Source: Flavobacteriales bacterium (GTDB lineage Bacteria; Bacteroidota; Bacteroidia; Flavobacteriales_D; Sanyastnellaceae). Taken from it: 64,000 nucleotides of DNA. The notes under the pieces were generated by a model. The model had not been told where the DNA came from. It searched no databases and saw nothing but the letters and a program-made list of their open reading frames with translations. The position numbers and the translations under genes are program-made. Location: positions 30,305-94,304 of the forward strand of contig CANEVR010000001.1 of NCBI GenBank assembly GCA_947442505.1. Direction: 5' to 3'. Every line of letters starts with the position of its first letter. The first letter of the stretch is position 1. Positions 25,701-34,209 of this stretch are shown one piece after another.

Positions 25701-28154
25701 CTCAAATAAACCATTTGGAGCGTCCAAATCGAACCAATTCAACCAATTATGGTCATATTTACCTTTCTTAAATAATATACGCCAATCTAAATCAGACAAA
25801 TCCAATTCGAACGCAAGACTGAGTACTATTTTAACGGGAAAAAAATCATTCCAATTCAGCACACTATGATCTGTTGGCAATTGCTCATCCAAATGGTTCA
25901 ACAACTTTTCAATTGCATCCTTCCTAAATGGCTTATCCTTGCTTTCCAATAAGGTGAGCTCCATCAAACAAAGCATGTACAAAATGAATTTACGCTGTAG
26001 GCCTTCTTTGTCTGCGCCTCCGAAGCTCTCAATCCTTTTCAACGCCAAATCAATTTCACCCGCAGCGACCATTGCCACAATCTGAGGAGCATCGTTGGCT
26101 TCTTCATATTTCAAATCAACCAAACACAAGGCCGCCTCCAATTGATCATCATAACGTTTGACATCGGATGCCTTCAACAAGGACAATCGGAAGAGTGCGT
26201 TGGTAGCTTCAAATCCCCTAAGCACTTTCTTCTGTGTCGCCTGGTACTCCGTATCATACATCAACTTCAATAGAGTTTCACCATGTTGCTCTTTGGCGCT
26301 CTCGTGCAAATGCGCTGCATAATGTTCCAGTGCATATCGCTGTTCCCAATCGCCTTTCAATTCCTTCCATCCAGCACAAAAAGCAATAATTCTTTGTTGT
26401 GCTTCTGACACTTCTCTGGCGTGCTCTTTCACCAAATATTCTCGGAAACTTTCATGAAACAACTGATAATCCAACACCTCCTCCGTGAGTGGATTTTCAT
26501 ACAGCACTTCCTTGAGCGTACTCCCAATTCGCATGAGTGTCGCGCTGCCTATCCCATTGATCAATCCCAAATGTGACATGGTCAAATAATCCTTAGCGGC
26601 CGCAAAGGTGAACAAACCACTCAATAAGGCTTCGCCATCAACATCGTTGGCATAGCGGAGCAAAATGGCTTTGTAATATTCGTCAATCTTGGAGGGCAAT
26701 GCCTGAACATCATTCAAAGCGATTCCATTATTTTCAATGGCATCACACAGCAATTTTAAGTACAAAGGATTTCCCTGGGAACGCTGCTGCACAGCATCAA
26801 TCCACAAACTATCTCGCTCTACTTCGTATTTATTGGCTACCTCATAAATCAGCGCACGAATATCCTCCTTACCCAACCCAGTAAGTTCTAATTTTTCATG
26901 TTGCTCCGGAGGCAACGTACCCCATAGATCGTCGATACTCTTGTGTCCACCGGGCCTTGAACCATAGATGATCAATACATTCTCGAAGTTCTCTCTTGGC
27001 AGGTAAACCGGAACATTGGCCTCGGTCCCCTCATCCAAACCATCAATCAAGAAAATGAGCTTCTTGCCTTGGCTGTGTTCATTCCACTGTCGCCATTTGC
27101 TGAAAAGTTGATATTGCAAATCAAAAATCAATTTGCCTTCCGCACGAATTTCTCTTCCCTGAGGAAACAATTCATCCGTGCGCTTGATGAGGTATTGAAA
27201 CAAATACTCAGCTTGCGCCTGTTGGGTTCCCCGACGAATAAAATATTCAACAATGGAGAAATTTTGAGCTTCCTTAAATCCCTTGAGATCTTTAAAGAAC
27301 TGAGCAATCAATGCAGACTTACCGATACCCGGATTCCCCTGAATGGAGAAATACCCTTTGTTCTTTTCTACAACAAAATCCAAGAGCCGCTTACGCTCGA
27401 TGGTGCGCCCCTTAAATGATTCTGTAAGTTCCTCGATCCGTTGAAAAAACTCATTATTCCCAGATTTCTTCCATTCGTTCAAAGGAAGATGAGACAGAAA
27501 TTCTTGGTAAAAATCCTTTTCCCGATAATGTTTGCCCAAAGGATAATTGAGTAATCCAATCTTATCATTCTTAATATCATTGAAGAATGCTAATGAGGCT
27601 TCAGTTTTTTCATCTCTGAAAATTAAAATAGGATGCAACGAAAGTTCAGTACTAATGGAACACAGGCGCACCTTCCCTTCTCTTACATCCAACGATGATT
27701 CTTGCAGCCACTGTGATTGCAAAAGCTTCAACAAGAATAATTCGAACTTTACTATATCTGCTACACAAGCCTCATCCGATGGTGTAGCACCGTGCGCATA
27801 TCCATTTCGAAAGGCAATAACATTGGTCTTATCGTTATTCAATGCCTTATCCAATGCTGCAAATTCTTCAGGAAAATGGGAAATGCTCCACTGAAATTGA
27901 TCTTTCTCGAGCTCCTCAAATAAAACGCGACTAAAAAGTTGCCAAGTTCCCAAAGATGGCGTTCTTAATCCTTGAGAAAGTAGTCCTTTTGCAGCATCGC
28001 TCAAGTTGTTTTGTCGCACATATTCAGAAATAATGACAGCAGTATGAGTTTTAATGATGCTTTCAAAAAGATCAATCATTCGGTGCACCTTGCGAAAGGG
28101 CTGGGACTCTTTTTGGTATAAGTCGTATAGAAATGTCAAATGGGGAAATCTCAT
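22707..28154 (-). CDS. 1815-aa STAND/NACHT-type NTPase: HEPN-like module, P-loop NTPase, ~1200-aa helical repeat region
   Basis: HEPN-like module (TPSLGTW ... IAFRNGYAHG, with R116-x4-H121 at nt 27792..27809). Walker A GNPGIGKS at nt 27315..27338 and Walker B IFLIDGLDEG. The long C-terminal alpha-helical repeat region has no clean TPR consensus. Confidence 0.9.
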   Translation of the reverse strand: MRFPHLTFLYDLYQKESQPFRKVHRMIDLFESIIKTHTAVIISEYVRQNNLSDAAKGLLSQGLRTPSLGTWQLFSRVLFEELEKDQFQWSISHFPEEFAALDKALNNDKTNVIAFRNGYAHGATPSDEACVADIVKFELFLLKLLQSQWLQESSLDVREGKVRLCSISTELSLHPILIFRDEKTEASLAFFNDIKNDKIGLLNYPLGKHYREKDFYQEFLSHLPLNEWKKSGNNEFFQRIEELTESFKGRTIERKRLLDFVVEKNKGYFSIQGNPGIGKSALIAQFFKDLKGFKEAQNFSIVEYFIRRGTQQAQAEYLFQYLIKRTDELFPQGREIRAEGKLIFDLQYQLFSKWRQWNEHSQGKKLIFLIDGLDEGTEANVPVYLPRENFENVLIIYGSRPGGHKSIDDLWGTLPPEQHEKLELTGLGKEDIRALIYEVANKYEVERDSLWIDAVQQRSQGNPLYLKLLCDAIENNGIALNDVQALPSKIDEYYKAILLRYANDVDGEALLSGLFTFAAAKDYLTMSHLGLINGIGSATLMRIGSTLKEVLYENPLTEEVLDYQLFHESFREYLVKEHAREVSEAQQRIIAFCAGWKELKGDWEQRYALEHYAAHLHESAKEQHGETLLKLMYDTEYQATQKKVLRGFEATNALFRLSLLKASDVKRYDDQLEAALCLVDLKYEEANDAPQIVAMVAAGEIDLALKRIESFGGADKEGLQRKFILYMLCLMELTLLESKDKPFRKDAIEKLLNHLDEQLPTDHSVLNWNDFFPVKIVLSLAFELDLSDLDWRILFKKGKYDHNWLNWFDLDAPNGLFELEVYKFVIESQSENYNFYQREFLINHLKKLNLKSQAIAQLNDCVQLILSFGHYSFTDSYLHDELTKIVIHFFDIGDWSRALECMSKILNEGSKSAAIIAICKRINEFCKEDAFSVLDEINKLSNDLQDNGYRGESQKELALAFLKLGEVDFAFSIARSINTNFWKSKTLAEMVVFSQAKSIFIDNRSIYLEAIGYARLVTMPYYRSNAISFIIGLDAIWCDELINEVLLCVELEEIIFYRCNILLELAKNLSQVKFHSKAIEILEIVIPLAAQIDDYFLPGEKLKRTVAVKGYFRRRIQCFIAIAFIKNEAVHRAIELFDEIEISDGLLVFLEMAIFDLAEKGDFDNALKLIQKLENGERVVLLNKISKELLRQEMKYYSDLFLNEALTSIESISSYPQRIDLAIQSAILLIKKSRVIYAAKFILDLIEKCGKQFLLSRECKSILGDLAIIFIQCGENVASNNLVFLLLESRFEFESGEYVSKGKSVLFRRLFLSGRRQEAFDFIHAHSNDKKMLNELKKNIEDCIKNEDYEITFNYIFSFYCDLKDYKREEIELVLHVLRSSKQIALVERAIADIILTDSNEIISIFLSKISTIYYELNCFFEANDCLIRAQEMANQIENKEARFYVFQTLSREMAFQGHFKDALKLIDCIEFGNIDIYKGDIAKEIYRQGDIELFFKTISELDDEDKFFFLSEFIVETYNKDANCLTEFQIKLIEQVKDDYSLSIIYLKLAVKAKEDYNFNFAIELEEKASHVVWMELIPRDTARDFEYKQISKLYLQLGNYEYGVMVVKFIDKRSNDKIEAIQFLLKTMSQDEKWIDLEIVTLEIEDTLQQHRCLYAVAESVYERQGFLSSLLTANVFNNSDVRLHYLKGWTMALKENEADKDCLQIALRMLAHDSDSIEILLHKYAAHAILIEENNPNLERLNRTLEIQWALDLACTYLISKNNIVQSSTNLIEWLHEIADEDDREQIELWAKQVAKGKITEEEFEIRIKDLN

Positions 28155-28323
28155 GAAGTCAACAGCATTTTTTAATTAGTAGTCAAGGATGAAATATAAT
28201 ACAAAAATTAAAAATGCTACAGCTATTCATCCACAATTAATCAATAGAATTGACTACATGAGTGCGATCCCAATTGCGCGATCATTATTGTTGGACGCTA
28301 GACATAATCTAACTAGAATGGAA

Positions 28324-28512
28324 TTAAAAAACCACCAACACCAAAACAAACAAGAACAACAATAAAAGAAAAGAAAAAATGGTACACCCCAGTTGAATCA
28401 AATAACTCTCCAACTCCAACTGTAAGGTTTGTTCAAATTCTTCCATACCAAAATGAACCATAAGTACACGCACTACCACGGTTCCAAACATCATAAAAAG
28501 AAATAGACTCAT
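28324..28512 (-). CDS. small two-TM membrane protein, 62 aa, paralog of the 36226..36417 product
   Basis: Hydrophobic-acidic-hydrophobic layout. It aligns with the 63-aa product at 36226..36417 (shared MF.T...R...V..G..F..T...E.ESY.IQL). Conservation of the frame in two copies supports coding. Confidence 0.5.
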   Translation of the reverse strand: MSLFLFMMFGTVVVRVLMVHFGMEEFEQTLQLELESYLIQLGCTIFSFLLLLFLFVLVLVVF

Positions 28513-29034
28513 CGTTTTTAGATTTAGAGGTGAATAAAATGTTATACTTCAACACAACACAAAAAAATCAGATAAAAAAACTTGAGGAAAGGATAGCAGA
28601 TACCCAATACAATTATAATGAAGACAATTGCGGTTTTGTTTCAAAATGAAAGTTCTCGAATTCTCTTATTACGATATTCTTACATTGAAACAAAACTGCA
28701 AAACATCAATATAATTTTGTATTCTCAATCGCTATTCGAAATTCTAACTCCTTATGTCTATCTTATCCGTGTGCTTATTCCTTATCCTGTCCCACTATAT
28801 AGGTCAGATCGTTTGTTGGGTCAATGACGATGATAGACTACCACTATTTGTTGGCGCTTTATTTATCATCAAAATAGCGCTTGCACTTGCACTTGTTTTA
28901 ACAATCTGATATATGGGAGCTGAACTCATTGAGGCTTTAACGCAAGGAAAATTAACGTAATCATGAACTAAAATATTTTGAATCCCTAGAAAAATCTAAT
29001 ATATTTATCACTAAACCGACTAAACCAAAAATAT

Positions 29035-30819
29035 ATGCCAATCCCAGCTAACGCAACATTCAATCAAGTCAAACAATGGCTTGAAAAAAAATTACATGAT
29101 TCGAGAAGCATCTCAGCTGATCGCTCTCAAACACGATCAGTACCTCAAACAAAGGGGATTTATTTTTGGTTTATGAAACAAAGTTGCTACAAGCAATTAT
29201 CATCACTAATCAGCATAACTCCCGTTGAAAATCGAATAACTAAAACAATCAATGGCGAGAAATACGACCTTGTCTATTTAGGTACAGCAGGTGTCCGACC
29301 CAATACAAGCGGAATAAACAATGGTCACCTCAAAGAAAGACTAAAATGGCATTTGGCGAATAATATGTCAATCAGTGCATTTTGCAATGGAACGATGTCA
29401 ACTTTCAGAAGAACCATTGGACCTTTATTGGGAAATGATTTGTTCGGAAACAGTATGCAAGACAGAATCGATCAATTGCTTTACGAAAACTTCATTGTTT
29501 ACTGGATTGAATATCCTGGAAGTTTCAAGGATGTAGTAGAAGCAGTAAATCAAGATGAAGAGATTCTTATCCAAACAATCAGACCATTATTCAACCTTAA
29601 AAATAATCCCAACGCTAATATTGCGCATACATCCACTTATAAAATTCAGCAAAAAAGACTTCAATGTGAAAGTGTGAATAAGGCAAAGTATTGTAATGAC
29701 AAAGGACTTAAAGCCTCAGAACCATTGAAATCAAACCCTCCTACCCCCAAAACGCCAACTACAATTCAATTGGAAATACTGGAATGTGTTGAGTTTAAAG
29801 TGAGGAAGCATGAAAACATTTCACAAGTTTCTTCTAGGATAACCAATTTACCAAATGGCCCCTGCACTATTGAGTTATATAGTAAGGACAGGCAAAATAG
29901 GAAACTATACATCAATGGAAATCCGAGAACCGTACGAAAAGAAGGGAGAACTGTATCGCAATTTTTCAATTCGCCTGATGGCAACACACCAAAATGGCGC
30001 TTGGTTCAAGATGAGATGAATGATAAAAAGAATCCCATTGATATCATCACTGTGCGTGTTTGTAAACTTGGCAGCAGTTCCAATCCAGAAACGAAACCCA
30101 AAGTAAAAACGCAAACTCACAAACCAGTAATGACTTCTGCACAAATTTTTATCGATGATATTATCAAAAAAATTCCAAGTTTAACTGAACCGAAAAATAA
30201 AAAACTACTGATTATTAATTGCTGCGACGCAAAATCCATGCAGCCCAATAATCTTACCAATGCACATCATACAAACTATAACTTCGGGGCAGCCCTTAAT
30301 AATGCGCGGTTGATTCGGTTGACAGCTTACCAGGCAATGAATGCCAATTATTTCAATGGAAAAAAAAGAAATAATACACCTGTCAATCGCGCCTACTTCA
30401 TGGGGGCGATCAATCCAAATAACAGAAGACCTGTTTTTGATACTTACGGCAGCAATCATTCTCCATTTTTTAAACCCAACATCAAAGCACTCTACATTAA
30501 TAAAATACAAAATTCAAACTTACATATTCTTATTATTTCTGGTCTTTACGGGCTTTTACATCATAGTGACTACATCAACGATTATCACTTGGAAATCAAT
30601 AAAGGCAACAATGTGTGGGGAGCGACTATTTTGAATGCAATTAACGAATTCATTATTCAAAACAACATCGATAATCATCATGTTTTTTATTGCCTATCTC
30701 CTACATATCTACCTTTTATAGGGCACCCCAATGCGCATTGGAAGAATTTATGGAGAAATTTAGGCGGACGTGGGTATAATCAAGCCGCAGAATTAATTGA
30801 ATTTTTAAATCGAATCTAA
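29035..30819 (+). CDS. fusion protein: N-terminal GIY-YIG nuclease-like domain, Lys/Pro-rich linker, C-terminal YaaA/DUF328-like domain
   Basis: N-terminus: KGIYFWF ... YDLVYLGTAG ... LKERLKWHL ... EEILIQTIRPLFNLKNN, which matches the GIY / Y-x-G / R / E...N elements of the GIY-YIG fold. C-terminus: LLIINCCDAKS and LHILIISGLYGLLHHSDYINDYHLEI, which closely match the E. coli YaaA signatures ILISPAKT and [24 protein letters not shown]. Confidence 0.75.
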   Translation: MPIPANATFNQVKQWLEKKLHDSRSISADRSQTRSVPQTKGIYFWFMKQSCYKQLSSLISITPVENRITKTINGEKYDLVYLGTAGVRPNTSGINNGHLKERLKWHLANNMSISAFCNGTMSTFRRTIGPLLGNDLFGNSMQDRIDQLLYENFIVYWIEYPGSFKDVVEAVNQDEEILIQTIRPLFNLKNNPNANIAHTSTYKIQQKRLQCESVNKAKYCNDKGLKASEPLKSNPPTPKTPTTIQLEILECVEFKVRKHENISQVSSRITNLPNGPCTIELYSKDRQNRKLYINGNPRTVRKEGRTVSQFFNSPDGNTPKWRLVQDEMNDKKNPIDIITVRVCKLGSSSNPETKPKVKTQTHKPVMTSAQIFIDDIIKKIPSLTEPKNKKLLIINCCDAKSMQPNNLTNAHHTNYNFGAALNNARLIRLTAYQAMNANYFNGKKRNNTPVNRAYFMGAINPNNRRPVFDTYGSNHSPFFKPNIKALYINKIQNSNLHILIISGLYGLLHHSDYINDYHLEINKGNNVWGATILNAINEFIIQNNIDNHHVFYCLSPTYLPFIGHPNAHWKNLWRNLGGRGYNQAAELIEFLNRI

Positions 30820-30849
30820 TTATTCACAGAATACAAATCAATCAAGAAT

Positions 30850-32031
30850 ATGACAGACCAAATTGAGGACACCTTTTTTGAAGACTACTTATCGTTCGAA
30901 AAATTTCCAAATTCATTGTACTACATTGCACCGGGGTTTGATTTTGAACCCCTGTGGAGAATGTCACATTTATGTGACACCTTCTTCTATGCAAATTTGT
31001 ATTACACTTTGGATAAAGTTCAAACCAGTATTTACAATCAACTTCAAAATTCTAAGAATGTCGAAATTGTTTCTTTGGAGATTGATGAGCGCTTTGATGA
31101 AACAACACATTTCGATCTTCATCCCAACTTCAGAAAACATTTCAAAGAAGCATCATCACTGCTCTCTCCAACTGAGCAAAGAGGCTATATCAACACTTTT
31201 GTGCCTGCATTGCATGAAAGTCAATGGATGATCACCGTTAAACTTAGAAGAAAGTCTACAGACCGCATAATAACTCTTTTCTACTTCACTGGTGAAGGTT
31301 TAGCTTCCTATGTTGCACTCAGTAAAAATGGAGCATCTGCACCCCGAGTAATTTGCACCATTCAGTCTGGAATTTTAGAAAGACCCAACGGATTAATGTC
31401 CCGCCTGCTCAACTCGTTCGAAAAAAAGCCTTTATTGTGGATAAGAGGTTTTGAAGAAACTTCTGACAAGTGGCTATACTCAGATGCTTTCAATGAAGAC
31501 AACTTGTACAATCATGTTGGACTCGACTTCATTCATGAATGGATTGTACCTGCATCTTACTTAGGTTTTTATGAGGATGCTCCCAGCAGAAGGTTTTGCA
31601 AAGGGTTTATTACCCAACAGACCTTTGATGAAAATCTTCAAATCCCTAAAGTGAATGTAAATAATCATGTTATCCATTTCAATGGTATTGAAAATATCCA
31701 ATGGCGCAACAACAATGATCATCGCTCTGCACTTTTTATTTTCAAGAATGTTTATGCCCCTTTTGAAACTATATTGGATAAGTGCGATGATGTCAGTTTC
31801 TGGGAAGAATGTTTATACCCATCATTTCGCAAAGACTCCTCTAAGGAATGCATCGATTTTTTGAGAAAAATTGATTCCCTCAACAAATACAAAGAAATTC
31901 ACTTCATTCCTTTCGGTATGGAGGATGAAGGGAAATTGTACCAAGACTTTTTCAATGAAAATCACAATGCGCAATTCCATATGTATCTGCATCGCCCCAT
32001 GGACTTTTATGACTTAAAGCCCGGTCAATAA
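30850..32031 (+). CDS. hypothetical protein, 393 aa, downstream partner of the GIY-YIG::YaaA-like gene
   Basis: The ORF starts 30 nt after the upstream stop on the same strand. No recognised motif. Confidence 0.65.
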   Translation: MTDQIEDTFFEDYLSFEKFPNSLYYIAPGFDFEPLWRMSHLCDTFFYANLYYTLDKVQTSIYNQLQNSKNVEIVSLEIDERFDETTHFDLHPNFRKHFKEASSLLSPTEQRGYINTFVPALHESQWMITVKLRRKSTDRIITLFYFTGEGLASYVALSKNGASAPRVICTIQSGILERPNGLMSRLLNSFEKKPLLWIRGFEETSDKWLYSDAFNEDNLYNHVGLDFIHEWIVPASYLGFYEDAPSRRFCKGFITQQTFDENLQIPKVNVNNHVIHFNGIENIQWRNNNDHRSALFIFKNVYAPFETILDKCDDVSFWEECLYPSFRKDSSKECIDFLRKIDSLNKYKEIHFIPFGMEDEGKLYQDFFNENHNAQFHMYLHRPMDFYDLKPGQ

Positions 32032-32044
32032 TTATGAAGCCTGA

Positions 32045-32224
32045 GCGAAGAAAACAGCAGCGCTAAATTATTACATTCAATCTGGTGAAATAAGAAAAAA
32101 TGATCCTGATTTCGGCATTGAAGCTGAGTTAACACAGGAATCCATTAAGGCTTGTATTCGGTTGGCGAAAGAATTGGGGAAGGAAAGTGAGTTGCCTGAT
32201 TGGATGAAAGAAATAAAAAATTAA
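32045..32224 (+). pseudogene. relic 3' end of a STAND-TPR gene, paralogous to the end of 17182..21348
   Basis: The in-frame translation NYYIQSGEIRKNDPDFGIEAELTQESIKACIRLAKELGKESELPDWMKEIKN* aligns with the last ~55 aa of the 1388-aa protein (RYFLQSAEIKIEDHDLGIEAEATQESIKACIRLAKELGKESELPEWIKENY*). Nt 32114..32203 against 21240..21332 have only a handful of mismatches. An upstream in-frame stop sits at 32042 and there is no start codon, so only the tail survives. Confidence 0.75.
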
Positions 32225-32286
32225 AGTCGAATATTAGCGACATCGCAGTAAACTTTTATATTTATAGAAAACTAAAACTCAAAACA

Positions 32287-32943
32287 ATGGCCTATATCGC
32301 AAAACTCGTCTGCAACCGATTGGGTTGGACAGTTCCCTCTGGACTTGATGCAAAATCTGATAATGTTGAATACGGCCCATTTGAGGCTCAAGTTCATTTT
32401 GGATTTGAAGAATGGCTGTATAATGAAACCCACTCCATTGAATTGGAAGATGGCCGTTACTATTTTGGATTCGTCGAGTGCTTTCGAAATAGTAGAAATT
32501 TCAATCCGATAGCTCAATTACATCTATTCACTCAGTTGTTTTCAAATTCTGCCAACCCTAATCAAGTCAACACCAAAAGATATGTGGGTTCTTTGTCAGG
32601 AGTTTATCCTATTACAAAAGATGTCTACGCTCAAATTATTAACTCTCATCCAGGAATCGTGGATAGAATGAGAAAGGAATTAATCACAGCACTCGCGAAT
32701 GACCCCGTTTTACAAGAAGCCCTTGTCGAATTTGACGAAGCCGCAGAAAATCAAGATTTATTCAATTGTCTTTACGTCCGACGTAATCGACATCGCAAAC
32801 CTGCCGTAGCTCACAATTGGGAGTACCTTCAAATTCAACAAGGATTGCAAAAACACTTACCCAATAATTTTGGACTGACCGAAATCGGGCAGGATTTTAT
32901 TCAGAAGCTCCAAAACAACCAAAACACACCTCAGATTCCATAA
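32287..32943 (+). CDS. hypothetical protein, 219 aa
   Basis: The supplied ORF starts at TTG 32200 inside the relic. ATG 32287 (MAYIAKLVCNRLGWTVPSG ... FGFEEWLYN) is the more likely start. Family not recognised. Confidence 0.6.
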   Translation: MAYIAKLVCNRLGWTVPSGLDAKSDNVEYGPFEAQVHFGFEEWLYNETHSIELEDGRYYFGFVECFRNSRNFNPIAQLHLFTQLFSNSANPNQVNTKRYVGSLSGVYPITKDVYAQIINSHPGIVDRMRKELITALANDPVLQEALVEFDEAAENQDLFNCLYVRRNRHRKPAVAHNWEYLQIQQGLQKHLPNNFGLTEIGQDFIQKLQNNQNTPQIP

Positions 32944-33020
32944 AGAAATAATAGATATCCAAATTTGTTTTTAGTGAGCTTTCTCTCTTGGGATTAAAAG
33001 CATCCTTATTTTCTCAACAA

Positions 33021-34058
33021 TCAAATAAGATGAATCGAATTATTCAAAACCATTTGATATACTTCTTGTCTGTATTGCGTTGTAGGGCTTCCGTTAGCAA
33101 TTAGCTGATGGTTGATTGTCAAATATTGACTAACATTCTGCCCCATTTGAAGCTGAGGTAATCCCAACAAATTAGCTTTATAATTAATCCATTTACGGAA
33201 GAAAGAACTTTTAAACATTTGGATCGCTGCAGCACCAGCAGGACTTGGAAGATTAATAATTCGAATTGTCTTATTTTCTGATTTTAACCACCATACGACT
33301 CCACCTTCTTGTTGCAGAACAGCCATTTGCAAGCCTGTATTATTTATTGGGTAATACGGCCCATTGCCTGAAATGTCACCAGATACTGTAAACGCATCAA
33401 GACCACCACAACAGTCCTCTAATATCCACCTAAACCCAGTCAATGTTGAAACGGAATTCGATAAAAACGAATCTAACTTTCCGCTCGTAAATAGGACAGT
33501 CCTAATCGAAGAACTTGAATCAAATAACCGACTTAAGTTACAATTAACCACAATGTTTTTCAAATCGCTATCCGCAGCACTTCTCATGTTTTTTCGCTGA
33601 ACAAAAGAAAATACATCTGAAATAGAAATATCATGCAATGCTAATTGTTGCTGTAGAAAAGGGATTGCAATATTCCCTTGAATGCCTGGAAATAAATAAT
33701 TCCACAAGCTATTCATGTTCCCATAGAAGAAATGCGTTGGATTATTGTTTTGAACATTTGGATTTGGTAAATTATTCAAAGGCAAATTATTCAAATAGGA
33801 AGATGGAGGAAATGTACCCAAAAGTATAGTATGGCGTTGAAAATCGCAGTCGGCAGCATACAAATCAATGTAAGGGTGTTTCTCTATAGGTCCGGGGGAT
33901 TTAGGCTGCTGAATTAGACCTAAATAAGTATCTAAATGCTCGTAGACATTATTAATAACACTACCCCAATTCCGTATTACCAAATCTGTTAAAGCTGGTG
34001 TATTTGCTACTCCATTTTGGATTAGGAAATTATAAATGGCTTGATTTCTTTTTCTCAT
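33021..34058 (-). CDS. uracil-DNA glycosylase superfamily-like protein (family 6 / deoxyinosine glycosylase-like motifs), enlarged to 345 aa
   Basis: Motifs in the expected order: ILLGTFPPSSY (aa 78-88, nt 33795..33827), FFYGNMNSLWNYL, ISDVFSFVQRKNMRSAADSDL, VLFTSGK, and NLPSPAGAA (aa 269-277). The protein is roughly twice the size of typical family members, with an N-terminal extension and inserts. Confidence 0.6.
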   Translation of the reverse strand: MRKRNQAIYNFLIQNGVANTPALTDLVIRNWGSVINNVYEHLDTYLGLIQQPKSPGPIEKHPYIDLYAADCDFQRHTILLGTFPPSSYLNNLPLNNLPNPNVQNNNPTHFFYGNMNSLWNYLFPGIQGNIAIPFLQQQLALHDISISDVFSFVQRKNMRSAADSDLKNIVVNCNLSRLFDSSSSIRTVLFTSGKLDSFLSNSVSTLTGFRWILEDCCGGLDAFTVSGDISGNGPYYPINNTGLQMAVLQQEGGVVWWLKSENKTIRIINLPSPAGAAAIQMFKSSFFRKWINYKANLLGLPQLQMGQNVSQYLTINHQLIANGSPTTQYRQEVYQMVLNNSIHLI

Positions 34059-34209
34059 AATTATTTATTTCAATTAATCATTTTTATTACGCTAAAACAT
34101 TAACAAGGTAATTAATTTTTTACCCGATCATCGAACTCATCCTCGGGCGTTGATTCGGTTTATTGATTGTACACTTAAACCTAATAGCAGAAAACCCTAC
34201 GATTTCTTC

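Noticed and set aside
28618-28827. 69-aa + strand ORF in the 28.5-29.0 kb spacer
   Set aside because: It lies within the conserved non-coding part of the repeat unit, the frame is not conserved at the second copy, and it has low-complexity composition.
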